NCBI RefSeq assembly: GCF_963853765.1
Contig: NC_088860.1
Location: forward strand, 50,468,001-50,532,000
Direction of reading: 5' to 3'
Length of the DNA stretch: 64,000 bases
Source of the DNA: Magallana gigas
Taxonomy: Eukaryota
The translations under genes and the position numbers were made by a program. This document shows positions 53,393 through 64,000 of this stretch, piece after piece. The number at the start of each line of letters is the position of its first letter. Position 1 is the stretch's first letter. The notes beneath the pieces are model-generated. The model saw nothing but the letters and a program-made list of their open reading frames with translations. It was not told where the DNA came from and searched no databases.

Positions 53393-53856
53393 ATTACTTT
53401 ATACATTTAACTTTATTTCATATGTGATATACACTTTACTTATTCCTATTTATCTGGGTATCATCATTGATGTACACCATGTGCTTGTCTCAGTTCTATT
53501 TACCGGGAAAAAAAGAAAGACAACTCCATTTCAAAAAAATTGTCTGTCTCTCTTTCTTTCTCTCCCAACCAAAGAAGACATCTAGCTACTAACGTGGATT
53601 TATACGTAGTTTTAAAAAATACTCAAGACCGACTGAAAGATCTGAACTGTTATCACCACGTGACCAAAAACGCTCAAATATACCTACATGTACTGACTTC
53701 AGGGACTGAGCTGAAGGTCATGAACATTATTTACTCTCATAGTCATACGATGTAGAAATTTACGTACGGTATTTTTTTACTTCTGTGAAAATTTCCGCGT
53801 TTAATTTTTACGGATTTATAAAAATTAGTAAAAATTAGCAGCGCGTAAAAATACCC

Positions 53857-54770
53857 ATTATACGGTATTTCCGGGATTGTTTTTCGCGCAGTTTCTCGGT
53901 AACATCGTCAAATATGTCGAATCTAATGCGACGTTTTCCATGTTGTCCGTACACATGTCCGTTAAAATACCACGCTGATGATATCCGTTGGTCGCTACTC
54001 AGTCTGGAAATGAGGGTCGCATTATCTTTCGTGACGTCATCGGTGATTTTGACTCCTCTGGTTTCTGTCTTAATATCAGACCTCTTTCGCATTATGGTTG
54101 CCTTTGCATCCATGGTCCGCATTTTGATAAGAATTTGTCTGGGTCCTTCTTTCCTCCTGGAATTCTGTGTACAGCTACGACGTCCTGTGGGTCTATGGCA
54201 ATGCTCACGCTCTTTGACAGAGTGTCGTTTATCAAATCCAAGCAGTTTTCTCCTTTATTGTCTGTGATTCCGTGAACTTTTATATTATCTTTTTTTTTAA
54301 TATTGCACGTTGTAGTTTGCTTTTGAGAGAGCGTTTTGTATCATGTTCTCATTTTCATCTACCTGTACATGAATTCTGTTAAGAGCCTCGCTTTGTTCTT
54401 CTAATTCTTTTCTAAGATCTCTATTTCCTCTCTCTAATTCTAAAATTTTGTCTTCGTATCTCTGTTCTATTTTTTCTTGATGTTTTTGGAATAGCTCCTC
54501 AACAATGCCTTTTATTAGTTTTTTCATGTCTTCGCCTTTAATAGTTTTTTTTAGTTCTTCCTTTATTTCGCCTAGTTGGGCATGTACCGATACCCATTCG
54601 CTATCGACCGTTCTTGCAGTAGTTGCTGGTTTTGTAGTTTTTGGTGTTTGAGGTGTTGTGGGCGTTTTTTACCATGTTTTTTTTTTCGTGTTAAGTCGGC
54701 GAGTTGTGACACCATCTTTCGGCATGTTGAAATATTGCTTGATGGTATTCGGCCTATTCATGTACATGTA
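53857..54770 (-). mobile_element. LINE ORF1-like remnant (coiled coil + RRM-type region)
   Basis: Coiled coil EKIEQRYEDKILELERGNRDLRKELEE, then ANYNVQY/SRKNNIKVHGI (EQYSRRNNLRI-like) and WYFNG...FDIFDD; frameshifted; same strand as and upstream of ORF2. Confidence 0.65.
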
Positions 54771-56473
54771 AACATGTATACACAGTGAATATATTTATAG
54801 ATCGTACGTGAACAATACCCAGTGATAAACGAAGTACTCACGGCGTCAGAGAAACCTTTTTAATTCCACTTTTCCATGGAATTTTTCGAATTTCAGTTGA
54901 AGATTAATTCACTACTCACTACACACAGAATCGGAAAATTTCGAGGGTCTCGCTAGTCTCTAGTTCCCTAATTTTGGGCACAGTTACACCGCTGTTACTG
55001 ACCGTGACCCACCTGATCGAGCGCCATGTTTGGAATTGTCTCATTTTTTTATTATTTTTTTTATTGTTTCTTATCAGAATGCAAAAATAATATTTACCAA
55101 AAAAAACTGTTTTGACCTCGTCTGCTCTCGAACGATCTGTTAAACGTAAAACGTGTGCGTTCAAAAAAAAAATCGTTTGTTTGACACCAATATTAGCACA
55201 AGCAATCCTTCGTAATGGGTCAATAGCGGTTTTCAACCAACCCCTATCACACAGCAAAAATATCACGTATTTCGTTAGCAACTATAAATATTTATATACA
55301 GATTTTGAGCATTATGACCTTGGAGAAATCAAGTGTCTTCTACAATTGATCTTCCCTTCAACAAGACAGGTTGGTCATATTTTGTGTTCTTACTATTTCA
55401 TGGTGATTTTTCTACTCATTCACAAGTCAGTGTGATATAAAGTAATGGATATTACCATATTGGATATCAAAAGAAGTGAATGTTTTATGTATGTCAATTG
55501 TATGAATGTCATGATCAGTATTTGGGACATGTTTACGAGCACAACATTTTTAGCATTTGCATTAGCATAATTTCTGACGAATGCAAGTTACTGATTATAA
55601 ACTGATATTGATGAGAAGGAAGTGCATTGCGAATATTTACTTTTGTTCGTTATAATAATAAGCATAAAAAGCATGCCCTAATCAAAAATGTTGCTGCTTG
55701 TATAAAGTTTGTGTTTATTAGAATAAATATCAAATAAATAAGCTTCAGTTGAAATTTAAGGCACATTCGCCTAATATTATATGAAATATTTAATTCACTC
55801 TGCATATTTCAAAGCACCTTTTTGATACATTGAACATTCCAATAATCTAAATTTAAAAGATCATAATGATCTGTTGAGTGTATGTCTTTGTAAAAAAGGA
55901 TTTAGATAGGCGTCAAACACATCGAACTTTTACATTAAACTTCAAGAAAAAAATATAATAATACACGCCCTAATATATATTAAAATACTGGATCAAAACA
56001 AGCATAATAAATATGAATTAATGGTAAATAAATTCATTCAGGATTATGTCCCGTTTATTTATAAAATGTATTACACTATGATAACAAAGGATTGATACGT
56101 CACATAATATGCGTTATAATTGCAATTTGACGTAATATTGACAATTGTTTTGCCTCGAACTAGAATGTCTCGACGTCATTGGATGAATCGCGTCACGTGA
56201 TTGCCTTATAAATTACTTTACCCGACGGGCGTCAAAATTTCTACGGCAACATGGCTGATTTTTTACACAAACGTTCAAACATACCTTTACTTTTTAAGCC
56301 CCAAAATATATAAGGGGCCCTTTTTGCCCGTGACGTAATTAAAACGATCAAACCATGGCATCAAGGCACAGACGAGAAGTAAAGAATTAGAGAATTAGCT
56401 TATGAATCAGAATATAATTGTTATATCTTTTGTTTCTTACATATTAAACTTTAGGTCTTCAACAAAACAAAAC

Positions 56474-56615
56474 ACTTATTAGGTTTGTTACGTACTGTTT
56501 ACAGAAATATGTGGGGTGGGTAAAGTTCGTAGAAGGCTCGGCTCCGCCTCGCCTTCTATGGACTTTACCGACCCCACAAATTTCTGACAAACAGTCAGTA
56601 ACAAACCCAATAAGT
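56474..56615. repeat. Imperfect hairpin with ~65-bp arms, just upstream of the TRIM-like coding exon
   Basis: acttattaggtttgttac...gtagaaggc pairs with gccttctat...gtaacaaacccaataagt. Confidence 0.85.
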
Positions 56616-56788
56616 AATAGTGTATTGCGATCAGTCAGTTGTTTATATTTAACGCTGTTTGGCAAAGACTCAAACGTTGCACGCACTGGTAATATATTTA
56701 AATATCTATTCTTTTATATATTAGATATATATTCTTTTTTCGTTTTAGAATCAGAACAAAAGTACAGACCTGACTATGTGGTCTGACT

Positions 56789-58444
56789 ATGGACCGTCCT
56801 GAGGATAGCCTTCAGGATTTGGTACGGTGTCATCTCTGTGATGCCTCGGGCCCAGCGTTACACTGTGACGTGTGTAAGTTACATCTGTGTAAAGACTGTG
56901 AGGGAAAACATCTCTCAGATGAATCTAAAGAACACAAATTGGTGCAATTTAGATATCGGGAAATTTTTTTAAAATGTCAAACACATACCTCAGAAGTATG
57001 TAAACTTTACTGTGAGGAATGCGATACTCCGATTTGCGCAGTTTGTGTTTCTTTAAAGGAACACCACACTCACTATGTCATTGATGCTTTAAATTGTTTA
57101 GTGAGCAAAAAGCATGCATTGGAAATAGATTTACAAGAATTAGAGAAATACATCCATCCTAAATATCAAGAAATTGTAACTGATATCTGAGATCAAAAAA
57201 TTGACCTGATTGAAAAGTTTAGAAAATTGACAGCAGCTATTATCAAACATGGAGAAAACTTGCACAGGGAAGTAGACCTCATAACCAAAAAACTAAAAGC
57301 TGATATGGATGAAATAGAAAAACAATCGCTGGTTGTCCTAAATGAACAGGACGATGAAATCACGCAAACAATTTCTGAAATCGAACAGTGCATTTTTGAT
57401 ATAAAAAAATTACTGAAGTCTAATGATGCCCGTTTTGTTTCTACCTACAAATCCAGGAATGCAAAATTCAGAAAAATGCCTCCTAAAATCAATTTTACCG
57501 TTCCCAAATGTATTCCTCCGATAATAAACATAAATCAGATCCGACAACATTTTGTTTGGCTTAATTCGTTATCAATGGCGCATGAAGAACGTATATACGC
57601 AAGGGATTCACCAGGGGCTGAATCATCTTTGATTACTAGAGATGAACCATGTATAGTCTCAGATATAAATACTGAATACGAATTGCGCAGCGTGTCTTGT
57701 CTAAACGATGAAAGTGTATGGACGTGCAGCAATGACAACGTCATGCGTCTTTACAATCTCCATGGTGAACTAGTAAAGTCAGTCCAAAGTAAGTCGGGGA
57801 ATATACCTTATGACATAGCAGTGACAAAGAATGGTGATCTAGTCTATACTGATATTAAAGATAAGACAGTGAACATAATAAAGAATAAACATATACACAC
57901 AATGGTTAGAAAACGGGAATGGAGACCACTTGGCGTCTGTAGTACCTCTGATGGTGATCTTTTGGTTGTCATGAATAGTAATGGTGAGCTAACAAAAGTT
58001 GTTCGTTACTCTGGCCACACAAAAAAGCAAAGTTTTAAATACAACAAAGAAGGCCAGCCACTTTATTCACCTGGCGGTTACAATAAATACATCTGTGAGA
58101 ACAGGAACCTAGACATTTGTGTATCCGACTTTGAGGCTCATGCAGTAGTTGTTGTAAATCAATTTGGAAAACACAAGTTTATCTATACTGGTACCCCTCC
58201 AATAACATGGGCAAAATTTACCCCCGTGGGGATCACCTCAGATATTCATAGTCGGATTCTAATTGCAGATATAAACAATAACTGTATTCACATCCTCGAC
58301 GAGGACGGACATTTTCTCCGTTTTATTGACAACTGTCATTTGTACGCTCCATTTGGGTCATGCGTGGACACAAAAGGCAACGTATTTGTGTCTGAGTATT
58401 ATAGGGGGAAGGTGAAAGAAATCCAGTATCATATAGATTTGTAA
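56789..58444 (+). pseudogene. RING-less TRIM-like gene (B-box1, B-box2, coiled coil, NHL-like beta-propeller) with one in-frame TGA; null allele or young pseudogene
   Basis: The ORFs 56789-57190 and 57227-58444 are in the same frame, separated only by TGA at 57188-57190 (DI*DQKIDL). Both B-boxes are intact. Acceptor ttcgttttag ends at ~56748. Confidence 0.85.
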
Positions 58445-59689
58445 ACAAAACACCTTTTGCTGCATGTATTCAACCATGTTATATGATTGTATGTATTACA
58501 TTTGTAATAAATCTTACAATTTTATCTGAAATCCTTTTATTTCTTGATATAATAATTTTTGTTTATCTCGTTTGAAATTTCGATTCGTGGTCAAGTTTTT
58601 GTGGATAACCACCCCTCCCCCCTCTTCAACAGCCATTCCCTCTGTATTGATGCTTTCGGGAATGTTGGATGTTTTACTTGATATTAAGTGTTCGTCCTTA
58701 TCGAAACAAATCTAATTTTTAGATTCTGAAAAAGGGAAAATACACGATAATAAAACAACCCTCCGTAAAAAAAAACCCAAAAAACTGACGTTCCATCCAT
58801 GCTCTTACCTTATGCTCAGCGCCCCCCCCCCCCCCAAAAAAAGTATTCAATTAACATGATATAACTGATATCGATTTGAATATTCCGTTTCTTCATAAAA
58901 TTGATAATGAACCATAATTACAAAATCTGTATAGCCTTGAACATTTTAAATAAAGTTACTGTGAGAACTATTCTGCCAAAGCAATAACCTTAAACATATT
59001 GTAACATTATTTCCGTGTTTTAATTATTTTGTTTTGCCTTTTTTCTCCCGTTTCTTTTTAAATTATTTTTTGTTTTGTTTTATTTTTTTATTATTATTTA
59101 TTTTTAATTTTGTTTTTGTTTTTTGCAGTTCATTCGAAACGTTGTCATCTACGCTATTTTTTAAAAAAAAAAAGCTTGCACTAACACGTAATCCCTTAAA
59201 GCTATGTGACAATACTAGTTCCCCATGCTTGCTTTGATAAAGTCACAGACTAAGGTCATGTTTGATAAAACTATTGATTATACTCCATCATTTTTAATGT
59301 CTAAATTAGTCGACTTGTGCGTTTATAATTTTTTCAAAAACATAATGTCAATTGTTTTTGTTTGTTGAGTTCTGTATTAATACAACAAAGAGTGAAAGGA
59401 ATAGTAATTCTTTACTCTGTGCTATTTAGAAACTAAAACAAACAGAAACTAACGATTTCTGTTTTTCGAATGTAACTTGACCTTTAAAAATCAGCTTTAA
59501 AAAACATACCAGATGCTAAAGTACACTCTCTTTACATTGTCAATAGAACATTACACTTAAGATGTTTTAGCTTAGATCCTGACTAGGCCTTTTAAAGAAT
59601 TGTCGAGCAACTGCCTCGAAATATAAATCTATATGGGGGAATTGGTTTCGACACTTATGATTTGAGGTTCATTGCCTGACGTATTTCCT

Positions 59690-59768
59690 TTAAGCTCACC
59701 TCAACCGAGAACTCAAGTGAGCTTTTCTGATTACCTGTTCTCCGTCTGTTAGTCGTCCGTCTGTCTGT

Positions 59769-59809
<41 letters not shown>

Positions 59810-60040
59810 TTTTTTACTTCTTCCCTCGAACCATTTTGCCAGATACAACCACACTTGGTACACGGCTTCCTGATGGGATGAGAATTCTAAATGTTAAAAT
59901 AAAGGGCAAAGCACTTCTTAAAGTGAGATAATTGTGATACAGTGAAAAAGGGTATGTGCTTAAACAATCTTGGTAATTCCTTTTATTCCATTTTTTCCAC
60001 CAACATCTATTTATATTTTTAATTTTTTTAAATATCAACG
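59690..60040 (+). mobile_element. Degenerate 5' part of the same HINE family as 37050-37908
   Basis: agctcacc...ctcaagtgagcttttctgat.acctg, gtcgtccgtctgtctgtaa, then one decayed satellite-like unit; poly-T expansion. Confidence 0.6.
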
Positions 60041-60696
60041 ATCATTATTAAATATTTATGTAAAATTAAAATAAAAATAAAATGATCGGATTTGATATTT
60101 TATCTTACATTAAAGAAGTGGAAAGAAATTCTTGTAATTATCTTTTCAACATATATTACAATCCCACTCTGAAGTAAATACCAGGTAGTCCTAGTTATGA
60201 AAACAAAATACTATTTGTTACAAATAACTATACAGTTTCAATTATGGATATTTGGGATTTACCCCAGATTATGTTTTATATACTCATACACATCCTGTAT
60301 TAAAAAAAATAATTGTTTTTGAAGGTAACAGCCTGAAAACAAATCATCCTTCATATTAATAGATTGGTCGACTTGGTATTAATCAATACGCTTTGCTCAT
60401 TCTAATAATATAATGAACTTATTAACATATCCATTTTACATTTAAAGACTCAGAAAGTAGATATAGAACAATAAAACACGCCATTTTTTATAGATCTTTT
60501 CTAATATAACGAGATAATCAACTTCTAATAACAAAAACTGTTCTCGTAATAACAAGATCTTTTCTCGTAATAACGAGATAATCAATTTAAAGATCTTTTC
60601 TCGTAAATACGAGAGAAAAATATTAGTTGTGTGACCATATTCGTTTTTCGTAGTAATGAGCTACATGCTAGGTAATGAACATTGGGTTTTTGCATA

Positions 60697-60908
60697 CTGT
60701 AAATTCCTTTTTTACACGAGTACTCAGTTCAGCGATTCGGTCGTTTTCCATCAAATCGCGAGAACATAAAACGCGATTGCCGAGTTTTTATCATAGTTTC
60801 ATGTAATCAATTTCGAAAAAATAAAAGCGAGATTTTAAAATTAGAGAGATGCACTTCTCGCGATTTAACGCGGATATTCATACCTCGCGATTAAATAGGA
60901 ATCTACAG
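60697..60908. mobile_element. MITE, 212 bp, with TA target duplication (Tc1/mariner-type)
   Basis: TA|ctgtaaattcct ... aggaatctacag|TA. Confidence 0.75.
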
Positions 60909-63900
60909 TATGCGATACAGCTTACATCAAACATGTAATACCCGTACTCACCTCGTTGGCTGATACGGATCCTGCAGGGATACTATTGATCGAATCCGTA
61001 TCAGACCTTTTGCGGTACTCTTTTAATTTTTTCTACTATACAAGTAGTTTTTTTGCTACTTTCGAGAGGCTCTTTTCCCCACCTCGGCATTTGTGTATTT
61101 GCAGACGGTTAAGATAACTTCATACTCGTGAAATTCTCGCATGAAAGTTGAGAGACAGAACTGATTTTAACAGAATAAACCGTACTTTTTTGTTAAAAGT
61201 AAAATCTTCTTTAACTTCTTTGATTTTAATGCCAACTATGACAGAAAACAAACATATTTTAAGATTAATCGTTGAATTAAGAAAAATTAAAGCATTTCAA
61301 CATACAACTGAGAGAAAAGTCAGATAAAGAGTTATTTCCCCTTACCATAGATGAAATGCATTACAATTGGAAATTTAAGATAAAATTAAGCTGCGACCTT
61401 TATAAAATGTCTTATAACTTCAATGTGATTATGTTTCCATGGTATATATAAAACTATCTTGCACAGATTAAAAAAAAGTTTTACAAAAAGGTATGACATC
61501 ACAAAACACTGGATCTACATTTAATGGATCTCAATGAAAACAAAAATATTCGTTTAAAACTCTCCGAATGAGATTGAGTGAGTAGGAATATTTAAGTTAC
61601 TTTATGGCACCGATGTAAGCCAAAAATTGATAACATTACGCTGGGTCTGGGCCTGTAAGATTCGCGCCCAGGTCTAAGTTTAGATGAAAACCTCTAACCT
61701 TTACCTGTATAACATCACTTTAATGTTGACACAATGGCAGACACTTTGAACGATTTTAATTTTAAATTATTAAGATATCTTTAAAATACGAATTCATAAA
61801 GAAATTCACCGATTGCCTTACGAGGAGCGGCTAACCTAGCAAAACGGTTTGGGAAACTGATATGCAATTGGCGAGGTTTTTCATAAATGTAAAGAAAGCA
61901 AGCAAGATACCCAACACGTGAAAGTCATTTCAAGGGAGTGTTAACCGTTTTTTGACTTACAAAAAGTTAAATATTAACATTATATAACAGATAAGGAAAT
62001 AAGACATTCTTGACATGTCTTGTCGTCAAAAATAAAACTGCTCAGACAGCTGGGGAGGGAAACTGTGAGACACGAACAGACATAGTTACCCCATAGGAAG
62101 TCGACCTACTGTTTGAAGAAATCTTTGAACTCGGAATTTATTATTTAGTTCTATCCTACTAAAGCTATAATTTGGTGTTAAAAATTAACAAGAATTAAAA
62201 TATAACCTTGTCATTTTATGTTTTTTTAATTAATGATCATTTTCCTAAGACAAATAAAGTTTTGAAATTGCTTACATGAGATCCTATGTATCTAATACAT
62301 ATGTAAATTGATTGTATCTTATCATTTAATAACTCTGATAAAATAAAACTCTATTTCATCGGCAATATCAATATTAGGCTATAACTTAAGATAACATATC
62401 TTACCATTCTATAAATAACTCATCGAAATCAATATTCTTCAAGAGGTCGATATTTTTCGAAAGAATTAAATTTTGGAAAAAACAATGCCGTTTAATTATT
62501 TTTATTTCAAATGCGATGCAGATTTTCTCCTTTAATCATCAATTTTGTGTTTCGAAATATTATATTTTGGTAATTGCTGGCGAACCAAAGGTGAACTCGT
62601 TTAAATGGAATTCATTATTGAATAAAGCTAACCATGTTCAGTTTATACTATTTAATCTCAAATAAGCTGCCACTGATCCATGCTGTTGCTAGAGATTTTA
62701 TATTTTAGCTTTCCAATTTCGAAAGTCGACACCGATTAGCGCCGATTGTTAAAGTTATTCAACTACACAAATAGTTTGTCTAATGTATGGTTTATTGGTC
62801 ATGACGTTATGGGCACTACATAGCAATAACACATGAAAAAAACCAGCAAATATTCACTAGTAACTGAATTTCAAACCCTTTTTCCTGCTTTTTTTTCTGT
62901 TTGACTTGTTCTTTAAAACTTGATATGAAACGATAAATTTCTCTTTTTTTTTAAATTTTATCATAATATTAACATTACTGATAATGATTTAAGGTAGGCT
63001 TTTTAAAAGAAATTGAATTTATTAAGTCTAATTAAAAAAAAGTAGTAAATGGTAGAATATATTTTTCTTAATGAGATGATCCTTTAATTTGTTCTTTGTA
63101 GAAAAAGATGTTTTTAAATATTTTTAAATATGAAACATATGCCGCAAATACCTCAAACATATGGACAATAAGAATAGAGAACATGCAAGTTTACGTAAGC
63201 ATGTTAGTATGATTAAGCATGTCATTTTTTGATAGAGCATATTCAAAATTGATCAGCAAATTATTTTATAATCATTTAATATTTATTCATTTGATGAGAT
63301 ATCGGCGGCGCTTCTGATTGGTCGAAAAATTTCTTTGATACCTGCATCAATAAATTTTTTGCCGGATCTACTTTTCTCAACTGTTCTGATCTAACACTAT
63401 TCATAGAACGGTAATTTCCAAGATAAACACTGTCAAGAAAATGTAAAGTTGTGTCTGTTTTATTGTCAGCAAACAAAATGCAACCTTGTGAATATAAAAA
63501 ATTGAAAGTTTAACCTTCAACAATTAACAAAACACATTATTTGATTCACGAAATAGAAAATTAAGCGTCTTCTCACGATTTCGTCTGCTTGAGATCAATC
63601 AACATCTACAGCGAGGCTGGCTGTTCCTTTTCCAGGAATATTATAACGAACATATAGGCCTATAAACTTTCACGGTAACACTGCTGTTCAAATTTGGTAA
63701 CGATAATGTTTAAATTTACACACGTACATGATCAGTCATCAGAATAAGCGTCGTAAAGAAAAGCTATGAGTGATGCATCAACTCCTTCTGCGTATTCCAA
63801 GTGGCTGATATATCATTTAAGTACATCACTGGCTATCTAGTTATCACAACGTTTACAAAAGTCGCTTATACATACTATTCTCTGTCGATATATCAGCTAT

Positions 63901-64000
63901 TTTCATCCACGATCGCCTTTCCTTGGATGGTTATGTCCAGTTGCATATTCCAGCGATCTCACATGAAAACTAGTTTTATTACGAGTTTTTCTGCACAGGA

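Noticed and set aside
56150-56345. CRE-like and E-box motifs upstream of the TRIM-like gene
   Set aside because: Short motifs common in local transposon ends; a promoter cannot be established from sequence alone.
57188-57190. TGA as selenocysteine
   Set aside because: Lies in a coiled coil, not a redox motif; no SECIS recognised.
63590-63960. Short protein-like minus-strand frames at the right edge
   Set aside because: Each is under 30 codons and bounded by stops; no consistent splice model.

Overview
AT-rich eukaryotic (animal) DNA, not prokaryotic. The B-box/NHL gene style, intronless class A GPCRs and Helentron-type repeats resemble bivalve (oyster-like) genomes; this taxon call is inference only. 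Supported genes: (1) a 6-exon type I membrane protein with signal peptide, degenerate C-type lectin domain, ~1100-aa Thr/Ser/Gln mucin stalk, TM helix and Tyr-motif tail (2734-8291, +); (2) an intact intronless rhodopsin-class GPCR (13184-14227, -) with a triple-frameshifted tandem paralog (21824-22864, -); (3) a membrane-anchored copper amine oxidase whose anchor and catalytic domain lie in one 2.4-kb exon, with a candidate in-frame upstream exon (29585-31977 and 35318-35468, -); (4) a RING-less B-box/coiled-coil/beta-propeller (TRIM-like) gene broken by one in-frame TGA (56789-58444, +), plus a short B-box relic (38487-38672). The rest is largely transposon debris: three LINE remnants, several HINE/Helentron-type elements (one with a ~166-bp satellite array), a Kolobok-like TTAA element, MITEs, a hAT BED-finger relic, many long hairpins, microsatellites and two N gaps. 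No CRISPR array, tRNA or rRNA was recognised. I found no clearly new multi-gene system. The best leads are the lectin-mucin receptor, the amine oxidase exon structure, the single-stop TRIM gene, and a perfect 64-bp templated inverted insertion inside an old LINE. All splice models were built by eye and lack transcript support.
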